64,000 bases of DNA, taken from positions 20,472,169 to 20,536,168 of the forward strand of contig OZ316891.1 of NCBI GenBank assembly GCA_973895155.1. The letters are read 5' to 3'. The notes beneath the pieces are model-generated. The model was not told the DNA's origin and ran no database searches. It saw only the letters and a program-made list of their open reading frames with translations. Position 1 is the first letter of the stretch, and each line of letters begins with the position of its first letter. Below, in pieces: positions 47,486-60,785 of this stretch. This stretch comes from Marsupella aquatica. Lineage: Eukaryota; Plantae; Marchantiophyta. The position numbers and the translations under genes are program-made.

Positions 47486-50394
47486 TCACTTGGTAACAAA
47501 GCTGTCACCACTAGAAGAGTCTGAAGGTTTCGAATCATCCACATCAGCAAGCAGGGCTTCGTAAATTTCGTTGTATCTCTCACGTGATATATTTCGTTGT
47601 ATCTCGTTCTGATGATCAGAACGGCTAGAGCTTTCTTCGATCATGCTCGGGAGGTCTATGCTATTAAGGAAAGAAACCACTTGCCTCATGTTGGGCCTCA
47701 TCTTGCCATCTTCTCGTAAGCACAGCTTGGACAGATCGACCAAGGTCTCCAGTTCAAGGGCATGGAATTCACCGTTGAGTCTGTTGTCTACCAACTCATA
47801 ATACAGAGTTGGGCTGCGTAAATATGGAGCTGCCCAGGAAACCAGTGAAGCCGCGTTGTGTATGGCTTGGTGCCCCGAGATCAGCTCCAGAAGGACCACA
47901 CCAAAACTGTACACATCGCTCTTTGGGGAGAAGACCCCGGTCGTCATATATTGTGGGTCCAAGTACCCAATGGAGCCCTTCACCACAGTCTCGAATGATT
48001 GGAACGACGTGGCGTCCACTGGGGCAGCTTTGGACAGCCCAAAGTCCGCGAGCTTGGCAGAGTTCGTTGTTGTGAGCAAAATGTTCTGTGATTTGATGTC
48101 CCTGTGCACAATGGGCGGATCTGCTTCATGGTGGAGGTACTCCAATCCACAGGCAACGTCTGCTGCAATTTTGACTCGTTGCGTCCATGTGATCGTATTA
48201 TATCGGACTCCTAGTTCCATGAAATGCAAAGATTCCTCTGGCGGAGAGGGCAACACAGATTGATGGAGTCGATCGTAGAGACTCCCATTTGGGAGATACT
48301 CAAAGACCAGCATATGCCGACCTGTAAAGTTCACAAAAAAATTTAGTCTCTACACGTTTAGGGTTTGAGGTTAGCGAGCTCGCGATCTCTCTCCCCAGCT
48401 ATATTATATAGGACTTGAAAACTAGCTATTGGGTTTATTACATAAATGAATTTCAAATATACATTCTGTGAGTGATTTGATCTCAAATAAGTTCTGAATC
48501 AATGGAGATGATTTGGGAGGCTGTCCACTAAAGCACTTGCAATTTTAACATGGACGCTTGTGACTGTATAATCCAAACAAGTTCAGGAGGTTGCGGTACT
48601 AAATAATTTCAATGTACACTTTCTTAGTGATTTGATCAATAAATGAGATTTGGGATGCTTTCCACTGAAACGCTTGAAATCTTAGCATGTACCTTTGTGA
48701 ATACAGAATCCAACCAAGTTCACGAGGTTGCGGTGGTGAACTCTCAGCAGGACAGCGATTTCATTAGAAGCGAGGACTTTGGCAGAAGAGTTTGGCCCCC
48801 TCGGCTTTTCCACTTTAACGGCTCCCACCTTGCCATCGGGAAAGTCGGCTCTGTACACGGTTCCGAAGCCGCCTTGTCCAAGAACGGAGCGGAATTTCTT
48901 TGTGGCTATTCTCAACTCCTGTAACGAATATAGTCTGGCATGCTCGGTCTTGTACAGACGATAGTAATACCGGCGCTCTCGACAGCCCCTGATTCTATAT
49001 ACAATTGCTACTATAGCTATGAGACCCACCAGTCCACCAATTGATCCCGCTATTGCAAGCACAACCTTGTTTAGACCACCCACTGACCTCTTTCGCACTT
49101 CGACCGTGTCAATCATCGGCCCACAAGAACCATTGAAGTTCAAGCTGCTGAAGGAAATCGTTGTTACATTGGCCGAGGCTTTAAAGGTCACTGTCTGCTG
49201 CGTCCATGATGCCGCCATAGTCGTAGCGTTCAAATCCGTGACATTCGTGGTGAATTGGTGTCTTATGGCACTTTCATGGAGCCCAGTTGACGATATGTCC
49301 GTCGCCGTCGCATTAGTCACCTGCAATTGCAATCGAGCACCACCTTCGACGTAGGTCGAAGTGCATGCCCAGTTCTGCCTACCTGGTACGACCTTGACGC
49401 CTGGAGGGAACCCAGTCATGTAGAAAGTCAGGTCGTACTCTTTTCCCACCTCCGTCCTGAACGTCTGACTGATCGAGCCATTGTGATCAACGTCCGTGTG
49501 CGTATTCAAATGAATGCTATGCCGCCCATCCTGAGGAGTGAGGAATCCCTCATTTACATAATCGATGGGGCCGTAGTCAATGACCCAGCCACAAAATGAA
49601 AGGTAACTAGGATAGGATTGGTTCCAGGCGCTTGCTGCTATGTTACTCCCTGACAGAATGGTGCTGGTTTCGAAACCTCCATTACTGATCTGACCCTCCG
49701 AGTCGAGCGAAAAGTTCGAGAGCTGAAGCAACCCCTCGGTTGTGAATTGGTCAGTAGATCCTTGAGTAGATCTGATAACGAAGTCTGCCGTGGGTAGAAA
49801 TGTGAAGCTGGACGTGTAGGAAAATTGATCCGAGGGGTTGGAGTAATGTGAAGCTGGAGCGATGAACAGCGGATATGTATATTCCTGATTACTGGGATTC
49901 GCTCCCAGGTCGGGAGGAGCAGCCAGAAGGTGGTAGGGTTGGCCATTTGGATCAACCAGTCCATTCACCAAACGATGGTCTTCATAGATCCAGTGCTGAG
50001 TGACTACAGACGCATTGCACGTGCGCAGTTTTAGGACCCTGGATTCCCAGAGCACGGCATCGAGACACAGCTTCGTCGACAGTCTTGAGTAGGCAATGCT
50101 CCTGGTAGAGTTCTGGTAAGACCAGACCTCGTTAAACTGAGCGCCATCGCACCTGTACAGGCCCACTGTCCGGTTCCAGTCCGATCGATGGGCTGCGTCT
50201 GAAAACGTTCCATTTCCGAGTGCGTTGATGCAATACTTACAAGTTGGTAGTTGTCCCGACTCAAGAACTCCAGTCGTGAACCAGCCGAATTTGGACCCAT
50301 TCTTTGCTTGTACATGATCCCAGAGCAGTAAGAGACTGATACCAAAATACGTCAACGTGAACGAAATCCGACACCAGTACACCATCGATAACAT
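47486..50394 (-). CDS. Receptor-like Ser/Thr kinase (RLK/Pelle, RD type) with ricin-B lectin-like and DUF642-like ectodomain, 2 exons, 845 aa
   Basis: Exons 50394-48693 and 48321-47486 (GT-AG intron, phase 1, HKG|RHMLVFEY). Signal peptide, ectodomain, TM (VVLAIAGSIGGLVGLIAIVAIVY), kinase motifs LGQGGFGTVY, AVK, HRDIKSQNILL, DFG, GSIGYLDPQY, SDVYSFGV. Confidence 0.92.
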
Positions 50395-50570
50395 TTGAAG
50401 ATATTGGACCCCAACACGCAATAAAGCAATTCTATATCCCTCCTGTACGCATATCTATGAAACCCACGGCGAAATCCGACACAAGTACACCATCGATAAC
50501 ATTTGAAGCTATTGGACCCCAACACGCAGTAAAGATATTATCCCCCTGTACGCGTATCTGGAGAAACCAC
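50362..50570 (-). repeat. 108-bp tandem duplication spanning the RLK start codon
   Basis: GAAATCCGACA..AGTACACCATCGATAACATTTGAAG.TATTGGACCCCAACACGCA.TAAAG occurs twice, 108 bp apart. Confidence 0.85.
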
Positions 50571-52508
50571 GATGCTATTAACTGTGACCTACAATTGCAA
50601 ACAAAGAGTGGACGCCGAGTGATCGATTTCGTGCCCCAGCGACTACAAACGATATACATGAATGTCACTCTTTCAAGGCAAAATGGTATGCATGACTCTA
50701 TCCACAAGCTGCAGAACCTGTCCCGAGCTAGATCCATGGTCCTTTCTAGGGTCCCCAGACATTAGCTTAGTGTTTGGGGACCACAGCGTCGTGGAATTGG
50801 GAGGTTAGATTTTTCAAGAATGTACACAGGTAGTGCTTGCATTGGATGTTATCGGGGATGTTAGTTTCCAGAAAATCTGCACATGGGATCTAGAATATGA
50901 GGACTATTTTGCAAACTGCAGTGACGACTTTTGTCCTCTGAGCACTTGGTATGCATTTGCAACGAGCACTTGGTAGGCTGTTCATATTTCTCCTCTGTGC
51001 GCTCCGCAGCTTTGATTGCGGCCCAATGCCATACATACCTATCCAGAGCCCTACTTCCCACAGCTCGCCAGTCATAGCCTCACTTTCCACGTACAGTCCT
51101 CTGGTCCCATAACCTCCAACGCGTTCTCATTTTCAAGACTGAGGAAATGCATTTACCCGCTGTCATGTATATTCACTTCTAAAGTGAATGGGTTTCACGA
51201 GCATGTATCATAAATTTTCTTGTCTAATTTCTAAACCCCCAATGCGAAGTGCACGGAAAGAAGCTAGAATAAGTGGTTTCACCTAACCAGGGGCGCTCTT
51301 TCAGTAATCTTACAACTTCTAACGTGGAACTCATGAGTACAAAAACAACCCAAAAAGGGAGTTGCACTACGGTTTTTTGTTTTGACTGCTGGAAAGGAGA
51401 TCGAGGAGATCGAGGTCGATCAGAACTTGTCCCCTAGCGCAGCACTACCGTATTTTATTTATACCTGCTGGAAAGGAAATCGAGGTCAGAACTTGTCACC
51501 TACTGTAGCTCAGCACTACCGGATTTTCTTTATAAATGCTAGAAAGGAGATCGAGGTCAGAACCTCGTGTCCTGTGAATTGGCAACTTGGCACCCATATG
51601 TCAGAAATACAAGATCACCCTCCCGTCCTAGACTCAACAAAGGATCGATCGTCGCCGTCTGAAGTGGGGCTTCTCTTGCCAAGCATGGAAGTCAGACTGC
51701 TCCGCTGGAGGTCAGATTCGTCATCATTATCCACTGAGTCACGCAGGAAACAATGCAAACATCCGACTGTAGTACATATCAAATCTGGTACCCAGTAAAG
51801 TAAGTTGACTGAACGCCACTCTGAACTCAAAATTGTCCACAGTTCCACACTCTTGCGCAAACGAAGTCGCCGCGAGACTTCTGTAGACTTACAGTGGACC
51901 GGCTGACAAGATGCACCATGTTGCTGCTACACAATCACGCGGCTGCTCATAGTGCAGAATGTACACAATCACGCCGCTGCTTAACGCTGTAGAACCTGCT
52001 TGCTCAGTGCCACAAAAGTCCATTGATGCCGTGTGAAGGGTCGATCCCGAGGAAAGCAGACCTGATCGATCGAGTGGCTAACTGGGGATGGGACAGCATA
52101 CAATAATGCAGACATGTCGACCCAGCAATAAAATCTGGTACTCATGGAATAAAATCTAGTACTCATGAAAAGTACCTGATCGACTAAAGTCGCTCTCACC
52201 TCAAAAGCATCCACACTCATGCGTCAAATTGACGAAGTCGCCACGAAACTACTGTATCCTGCATGAAATCCGTCCGAATATTATTTTAGTCAGCCACAAT
52301 CACAGCTGCTACCTATTACGTGCGTGCTCAGTGCTACAAAAGATCATTAGTACATCTCAAAGCCCACAATGTGATGGACGTTAACTCCCTACTGTAGTTC
52401 CAGGTTGTATAAAATACAGGTTCTATAAAATGTATGAAATTTGTAGTACATAACTTTTAATATAAACTTTTAACTCATAATATGTCATAACCATTAGTCA
52501 ATATTTAA

Positions 52509-52677
52509 GATGGATAAAACAAAAAACGTTATGACAATTCATTTATGGCTTAATACCATCACTCATAATTTCAAAGCTTTGAGACACCAATACCTGATGG
52601 ACAAAACAAAAAACGTTATGACAATTCATTTATGGCTTAATATCATCACTCATAATTTCAAAACTTTGAGACACCAT
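52509..52677. repeat. Tandem duplication, 87-bp unit
   Basis: ATGGA.AAAACAAAAAACGTTATGACAATTCATTTATGGCTTAATA.CATCACTCATAATTTCAAA.CTTTGAGACACCA twice; the terminal motif recurs at about 53255 and 55366. Confidence 0.8.
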
Positions 52678-53534
52678 ATAGCATACTCATCCTGGAACAT
52701 GAAAAGTTATTTTGTCCTCTAGCAAAAAGTTTAAGTTTTTTAGTGAAATACAGGTGATCTGTTTTTTTGTGACAAATATAAATAGTACATTGATTAGGAA
52801 GCGTGACATTGAAAAATTGTGCACATAAGGTACAAGAATAAAAGTACACATGTAAAGAAAAGCAATAATAAACAAGGAAAAATTTAAGTCTATGGTATTG
52901 GGTTCTACACATACTATACACCAGTAAAGATACTTATGTACTTATCTTAGGTAATGACACTCAAATGAATTAAAACCATAAATTTAGGACACAAAACCAT
53001 GAGTAGAACTTAAAGACATGAGGAGTGCCCTTTAATTAGATCATTTCTTCTTCACTAAGGGCTAGAACTTCCGTGAGCCTTGTTGAAGGGTGGATGATCA
53101 AAAGTATATCAAAGATTGAAAAATTTAGAGGGGTGCCAGATTAAATTCAAAATCTAAATTATACAAGGGATGCACCTTGGTAAGACACATTGAATTAAAA
53201 TAGACAAGAAAATAAATTTGAATAAGACAAAATACTGGAAGATGGATTAGCAGTCTCATAATTTCAAAACTTTGAGACACCAATACCTATTGCATTTTTC
53301 CGACATTGCTATTTGTTCCTAGTTCATTTTTGTTTTGTCATTATTTTTATTTTTATTTGGTCTATGAGGGCTGTCTTTTTTGTTATTCCATCAGTTTTGA
53401 ATTTATCTCAGACCCCCTATATGTTTTCATTATTTCAAAATCCTTTGTTTTCTTTTATGCACTTGTACTCCTTTACACAATTCTTATAGAATTTTGCCCT
53501 TCAAAATAATCTTGATGTAAAATAACTCTTACTT

Positions 53535-53597
53535 GCAGGGCTCGAACCCCCTACCCACCAGATCCCACACAAGGCAACCACCACTGTGCTACAGTAG
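53535..53597 (-). repeat. tRNA-related SINE-like head (Pol III A and B boxes)
   Basis: Minus strand reads TAGCACAGTGG (A-box-like) ... GGTTCGAGCCC (B-box-like) with tRNA-like spacing; no full cloverleaf. Confidence 0.45.
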
Positions 53598-54399
53598 TTA
53601 CGCTGCAGATTAGGCTTCTGACATGATATTTATTACTTAAATTTATAAATTCTATGGTTTGTAAAAGCACGCTGTCCGAGATTGATGCGCCTCTATTTCT
53701 TCACAATAAATTCATTTCTGTACTTTAATTCAAATTAATCCGTGGACCCCCATGTTCATCCAAGGAATGTGTGTTTGATGAAGTGAAATCAATTTTCAAC
53801 AAGGCGGTAATCGCCCGGGTAATCGATGGTTTTGAGTCTCCCGATGGTCTTGGTGTGTGCTCGTACAAAAGAAAAGTAACGCTCAAAAGATAGAGGAGAT
53901 TTATCAACGGAAGGTTGAATATGGAGGAATTGAGTTTTTTGACGGTTTTTGTTTACACATTAGAGAAATTGTGTTTCTATCATTCATGATTGATCGTTTG
54001 TGAGTTACATTGAGCATTACCGCCACAAGACAGACCGGAGGACAACACTTAGCTATTGGCAAAAGAGCGCTTGTCGATTCGATGGGAAGAACACACAAAA
54101 CAAACAAGTCATCGCTTCACATGAGGGATTTGTAGTTTTTTCTATTTAAGAAAGCTATGGTGTGAGAGGGAGACAAATGATTGTTTCTTTGACATAGAGG
54201 CTGCATTTGGTGTCAACCTGTGTTCAGAATGAGCTTCAGTTGAAGACTAGAGGAATGCAAACAATTCAAGCCGGGAAGCAAGCATTGTGGACAAGGGATG
54301 ACGACGTAATCAACGAAATCAATTTTCAACGGCTAAGTTTGTGACGGTGATGAGATTGTGATATCTCTTAATCGAGAAAAGGGTTTCCACTGAGCCTCA

Positions 54400-54885
54400 G
54401 ATTCACAAATTTTATCAAGTTCCAAATGAGTTTTTGAATTTCTTTGCCTTTCCAATGAGTGAGTATAAGAAATATTAATCATGAGTCCATGAATTCTTTT
54501 AGCTTTCCAACATGATTGAGTCCGACATTGACAAATTTTACGTCAGATTTTGTCACGTTACTAAAGAGATCATGAGGTTTTCAATCTCTCTAGCTTTCTA
54601 ATGTGTGACATTGAGATTATTTGTCAAGAATTACACAGATCATGAGTATCTGAATTTCTCTAGCTTTCCAATGAACCTAACATTGATAGATTTTGTCAAG
54701 TACTAAGGAGATGATGAGTTTTTAGTTTTACTTTAGTTTTCCAATGAGTGTGACATTGAGAGATTTTATCAAGACAATACTAAAGAGGTCTCGAGTTTCT
54801 AAATCTTGATCTTGAGTTTTCCAATGAATCAAACATTGACAGATTTTATCAAGTACTAAGGAGATTGATTATTTAGTTTTACAAT
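54400..54885. repeat. Degenerate minisatellite
   Basis: Recurring TAGCTTTCCAATGA...ACATTGACAGATTTT(A/G)TCAAGTACTAA(A/G)GAGAT. Confidence 0.7.
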
Positions 54886-56242
54886 GTGAAGCCAAAGGGG
54901 TTTTAACTATGTACATTTCTATTGGTTGGTTTTTTCAAGCTTGCAAACAATTAAAAAATACAAGCATTTTGATATAAAACACTGATATATCTTTGACAAA
55001 CATCAAAATGGTAACTTTATTTTACTAAATGACATATCTCCCTTTGTATTTTGGTTTTTTTTACATTCAATATTTACGGCATGGCGCCCCAAAAATTACA
55101 TTGCTTTTGCCACAAACAGGAATGTGCACGTTTGGTATTGTTAAAAGTATGATCATTCCTGTTTGTGGCTGGTTGTGATGATGTGGCGCAACCTCGTGGC
55201 AGGGAATTTGCAAGAGACCTCTCATGGGGGTCCGTAATGATTACTTTAATAAACTCACATATGATATGATAAGATCATGTTTACATCATTTTCAATAAGT
55301 TAAAATAGCAGAGTGTTAGAACGGTGTAGCTATATGGCATTGTATAAGGGTAGATGCACATCGATCACTCATAATTTCAAAGTGTTGAGATGCCCTATTG
55401 GTCCATATAAGGGTCGATGCACAGGAAAGCAGACCTGAGGGATGGAATGGTTACTAGTTACAATTGACTGGAGCTGGGACAGCAGAACCCCCCATGGACC
55501 CCAAGGTTGGTCTTTGAGACCCTCATGGACCATATTTCGCAAAATTTGAGTTGAATTCTAATAAGTTTATATTCTGTCATAAATTCAAATATTTTATAGT
55601 TTTGGCTGGGGATATGCTAGAGGAGTAGGTCTAGACTAGCTTGCATCAAAGTGACAATTGTTACATTATGGCAAGCAACTAACTCTTCCATTCCTCTCCA
55701 CATCCTTACATATCAGGTCTCCAAGAGTGTAGTTAGGCAGTTTGGTATGACCTAACTGGAGTAGGCTTAAGCCTAGTTAACCCTATCTCTGGTCTAGTTA
55801 ACTCGGGTTACAACAACAGTAAATTTTTAGTCATTTTGGTTGAGTTTTTCATCACAGGTTGCAGAAGGGTAAATTCCATAATTGGATTAATTAGATCTCA
55901 TTCTGTTAATATGAAATATTTGGGTTCATTCTGTTAATATGAAATATTTGGGTTTGTGTTCTCTTTTGTCTCCTCCTTCTCCAGTTGCCTTGCAAGAGCA
56001 AAACTACAAATATTTTAGGACTCATAGTCCTGGGAGCACTCTATCCAATGACTACTGTACCTGGTTTATGACTCCTCTCGGGAATGGCAGCATTCCTGCC
56101 TGACTTTTAGGGTTAGATTGTTTGTACAAACTTTGATGAAATATTAAAGTCTTTTGAGGGTGTCATAGTGGCAAGAACCTGGGTTCCCGCTAAAGTTTCC
56201 ATGTACTAAATATACCAACCCCCCTTCAAGGTGCATCTCAAC

Positions 56243-56572
56243 AGGGTGTCTCAAAGCAGCTATTCTGTCGAGGTTTCTTTGTGCCCGGGTAAACTGCAGG
56301 CAGGATGGCGGGTCAAAAATCTGCCGTTCACAACAACACTATAGCCACCACTCTGACAGTGAGTGCACCGGGTCCACACCTAAAAGAGGCCGCTCAGATG
56401 CATTGGCGCCCTTAAAAAAACTGAAGGAGGTATGGGTGATGACCAGTCTCAAACAACCAAAAACCTCCTGGGTGAAGTTTTCTCAAAACTTGGGTTTAGG
56501 TCCGGCCACGGATAGAACTTTGTTGCACCTGCTGACCGGCAAAAAATGGGAAACAGCAGGTTTGAGACCCCT
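56243..56572. mobile_element. Small TIR element (ANT-TSD family, one flank mismatch)
   Basis: AGGGTGTCTCAAA...TTTGAGACCCCT; flanks AAC/AAT. Confidence 0.55.
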
Positions 56573-58382
56573 AATAAAGACAATTGTAGCATCAACCACT
56601 GCCAGCAATATGACATTGGTTAGGTTAATCGTGATCTACCTGTGGTCGACGATTGCACTAGGGGATGACCTTGACTGAGAAGCTTTCGACTGGAGACAGC
56701 TGCTACGCATATTATCCTGGTTTGAGCATGTAAATACCGACTTAGAGTTCTCAACTTCTGTCAAATCTGACCTTGTTTGTTTGATTCCTGACTCGTGTAC
56801 TCAAACAAACTCCCCAGTGCCTCTTTTGGAGCAGTGACCCATAAATCTCTATTAGCTGTACAACATGATTTGGTTCGTGATTGTTGTCCCCAGAGTGATG
56901 GCTTTTTCGATTGGTGGTGTCTTGAATCTGATGAATCTACATTCTGTTGGGCAAAAGTGCTCGATCTCACCATTGAACTGCAGTAGCTACTTTCCCAGTG
57001 AGAATTTTTTCTTTTCCTTGGTTTCTTCTTTTCCTTGGAAAATCTGGTCAAGTTGCGCAACCGTTTGGAGCTGAGCGCTTTCCACCCGTATTCCCTTTGA
57101 TGGTTTTCAACCTGTTCTATTTCTCCATGTGTCTTTGCTGTGGATGGAACACATCGCAGCGTTGATATTTCAAATCTTCCATGGCTCGAGTTAAATACGA
57201 GGACTGCTCCAATGTGCAAAGTTCCCGTCACGGGAGATGAATGCAACATTCCCTCATCTCCAGCATGCTACGTATTTTGTTCTTCGGCATACTTGAATAT
57301 GAAGCCAAAATATCATCCTGAAAACTTGCAACAAACAATTTCGCATGCATGAGACACATTGAAGATGCGAAACAGACCTCATATATGAAAACCACAAATT
57401 ATTTCATTGACAAGTTTGGTTGAAGGCACATAAGAGTTGAGGGCACGGATTGATTTTTCAGACCTTGGCTAGCGTGGCAACTTTGCCCGTGGGTAAGAAC
57501 TCGGAGATTCAGTTATTTCAATCGCAGTAAAGATACCAATAACCTGCAACATACCAGGCATTGATGCCAGGCCACTCTTTCATCAGAATTTCGACTAGTT
57601 TATATTCTCTGATCAAAACAGGAAGTACAAGTGACATTGCACAGTGCGGTGACAACTTATGCGTGTATTTTATCTCCCCAACATTGAAGTGCCAGATAAG
57701 AAACCTTCTACGTAATCTGAATACATAAAGACAGGTCCGAGAAAAATCACGATCAGGATGTGCGCGAAAGAGAGCACTGTAACAACTTCTGAGAGTATCT
57801 TCCAACCGTGAAGTGCTGGATGACAAACCTGCAATATAATCTGGAACGAAGGCATAAGACAACTCCGAGCAGCATCACAGGCAGGATGGGCATGAAGGAG
57901 GGCTCTTATGGCTCTCAAGAACAAAACGATTAACTCATGTGCTTCTTTAAGCAACATACCTCTTATACAATGGAATTACTTCAACAGTTCAATTTTGGCG
58001 CAAAGGAATTTAGCCCAACAATTTTTTGTGAAATGTAGAAGGGGGGGAATGGGAAGCAGCCCTAAAATATACGTAACATATTGTCAAGAACAAAAAGCAC
58101 ACACAAAGAAAGAAAGAAAGAAGTCAAGTCCTAGTCAATCAATGAATTGAGAGATTTTACAAAGTAGGCGTCATCAAACTGCTTAGAGCTCCCTCCATAC
58201 TGAACTAAACTCCCATTAGGTGCAGTCCTGTTCATGATAGTCGAATGAGCGTCAGTACATTGTATCTTCCACGGGATCTTCCATCTGGTGTCCCAACTAC
58301 AACGAAAAACCAATTTCAAGCCTGAAAAGTAATGGATTCGGTCTTCAGAGAAGGTTTGATGGCTAAGACAAAGAAATATTAG

Positions 58383-58414
58383 AGGATTGGATTGGATTGG
58401 ATTGGATTGGATTG
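58383..58414. repeat. (GGATT)n microsatellite
   Basis: Directly visible, six units. Confidence 0.9.
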
Positions 58415-60449
58415 AGAGGGAAATTTTGGCAGCAGCGATGGCGGACAGCAGGGTGCAGCTGTGTGTGTTCGCAATGCGGACAGGAGCAGTGGAAGGTCAG
58501 GAGCTGGACAAAATCTTGTTCTTCTCTCCACCCAGTTGACCACGGCCTGCCAGCTCTCCCTCGTTGGCCTCAGTGAAGGCCTAATCACCTTTATCAAGTG
58601 AGTGAGTTTGCTTGATTGGTCCCGTTTCTTCCAGCCACGGCCTGCCCAATGAAGGCCACCGGATCCTGCACTCTCGCCTGCACTTCTCTTACCAGTGCCA
58701 CTTCCGTTGATAAAATCAGGACAGGGGATGGTCTACTTCGTAAGCCAGCGTTATTGATTCTTAATCAAAAAGGGAAAGCTTTTCTTTTCAGAGGAATAAC
58801 CACTCCCAACACCTAATGAAGTTGCTTCAAGCGGATATTGTAAGTCATTTAGTCAATGTTGGTAGATTTCGTATGAGAGAACTGAAGAGAAATCAAATTT
58901 CGTAGGGTTTGAAACGTAGAGATGGCGCTGAAAACATTATAAGAACTGCATTTTATCCCGTTCTTAGCGAGTCTTGAAGTAGGGATGGATTTGTGGCAGT
59001 TTCTGAGGTTTGGGGTTTAAACCCTAATAAAAATAAGTTGTCCTTGTTTGTTCTTTTTGGCTTAATAGCCATTGCCAAGTCTACGCTCCCATAGAGTGCA
59101 ATGTTTTCCCCCAGATGGAGTGCCAAAACTCACATGAACCAGTTTGGACTGCTATTTCTCACTCAGATGGCACCTCTCCCCCGGAACGACCACAGAGCCA
59201 AAAATCCTGAGAGTTCACACAACGGTGAGAAAACTAAAACCATATTGGTCAGCGAACTGACAAGCCTTGTAATAAAAGCTTTAGTCAGAGTAACTACTAG
59301 GAGAGTCATAGGAATATGTAGAGTCCCTAAAGGGATTGCCTTGGCCCCAGAAAGAATAATAAATGCCTGAGCCCTCTATAGTGTGACAGATACCCAAGAA
59401 AGATACCCAAGAATAAGGAATGCCTGAGCCCTCTATAGTGTGACAGATACCGGCTATTTAAAAAAAAGGAGGTGAGGTCAGAAACAAAGGGATAAGGCCT
59501 CTCTGCTCAATACAGAACACAACGCACAACCCTAAGAAACAGTCACAGATACTCTGAAGATCTCCAAAGCAAACCGGAAGAATAAATCCCCTTGCATATA
59601 TTTCTTGTTGTTATGCAAAAGAACATTGCAAGTTTGTGAGGCAATGGGCTGTTTCCCATTCCCCCCCTTCCACATTTCACCCCTGTTGTATAATCTTGGC
59701 ATGGACAAACTGAACTGTTGGTATGACCCCAAAATTGATGCAAATGGATGACAAAACGGATGACAAAATGGTAGAGTATAATTGATTTATGTTTTGGCAA
59801 ACTTGGGCCAAAGTGGGCAGCAGCATCGGGGATTGGGAGGGGCAGTATGGCCCAAGAAAGTCGGGGAGCATTAACTTGACTTAGATTTAAGTATAGTGTT
59901 CTCTAGAAGTAGGTTTAAGTATGGTATTAAAACTTTTTTCCGACTTCCCCTTATATGGTACATCACTGTTTTCAGTCTCCCAACTCCAAATTGTTTTGGT
60001 GATTATTTTAATTTTAATTTGGGCCTCCGATAGCTGGCTTCCTTGTAATTTTTTCTATGTGCAAATTACTTGAACCCCCCATATATATTCCATTTATTAT
60101 TTCAATGTAGAAATTGATTGAACCCCTTTAAGTTTATTTATTTCTGTGCCACCTTTTCTCTGCCATTAATTGAAGGGAAAAGAAAATATTAGGTGTCTGA
60201 TTTGAAATTGTGACCTCAAGGTTATTGTTGGACTCCTCTACCATACCACTAAATCACATAGCTAGATGTGTTGAACAAATGATGTACCTAAGTACTTAGT
60301 TACATTTAAATAAAAATCATTCTGACATTTCAATGACTAACAACCTCCTCTGGGCGAGCGCCTCCCTGTCTTGGGCCAGAGTTTGAGATTTTTCAATGCG
60401 CTTCAATTCGGGCTTCAATTCCCATGCTCTTCTAATTGCAACTTTTATA

Positions 60450-60785
60450 GTTACGTACCCCATGAGAGGTCCCTTCCAAAATTCCTGGCAACAGAGCATG
60501 CCATGTCAACAACAACCGTAACAAACAAGACTTGCTAGTTTTGTGAAACAAACTTACAGTTTTCATTCGTGTTTGCATCAATTTGGGTGTAAATTTTGGG
60601 ACTCCATGCCGTAAAAAGAAATGTAAAAATTTAGATATGCAAAGAGCAAGGTGGGTAAAATTGTCACTATGTAACCGTTTTAGTTACATATCCAATTTTA
60701 AAAAGTAATTAAATTCAAAGATTTAAAAAGTATTACATATATAATAAGCAATGATTAATAACTAACTTGATAACTTCCTTGTTAA
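60450..60785. repeat. Dispersed repeat, inverted copy of 39621-39955
   Basis: Reverse-complement similarity over about 330 bp. Confidence 0.8.

Noticed and set aside
53535-53597. Functional tRNA gene
   Set aside because: A/B boxes only; acceptor and anticodon stems cannot be formed. Similar weaker relics at about 470-505 and 11460-11510 were also not called.
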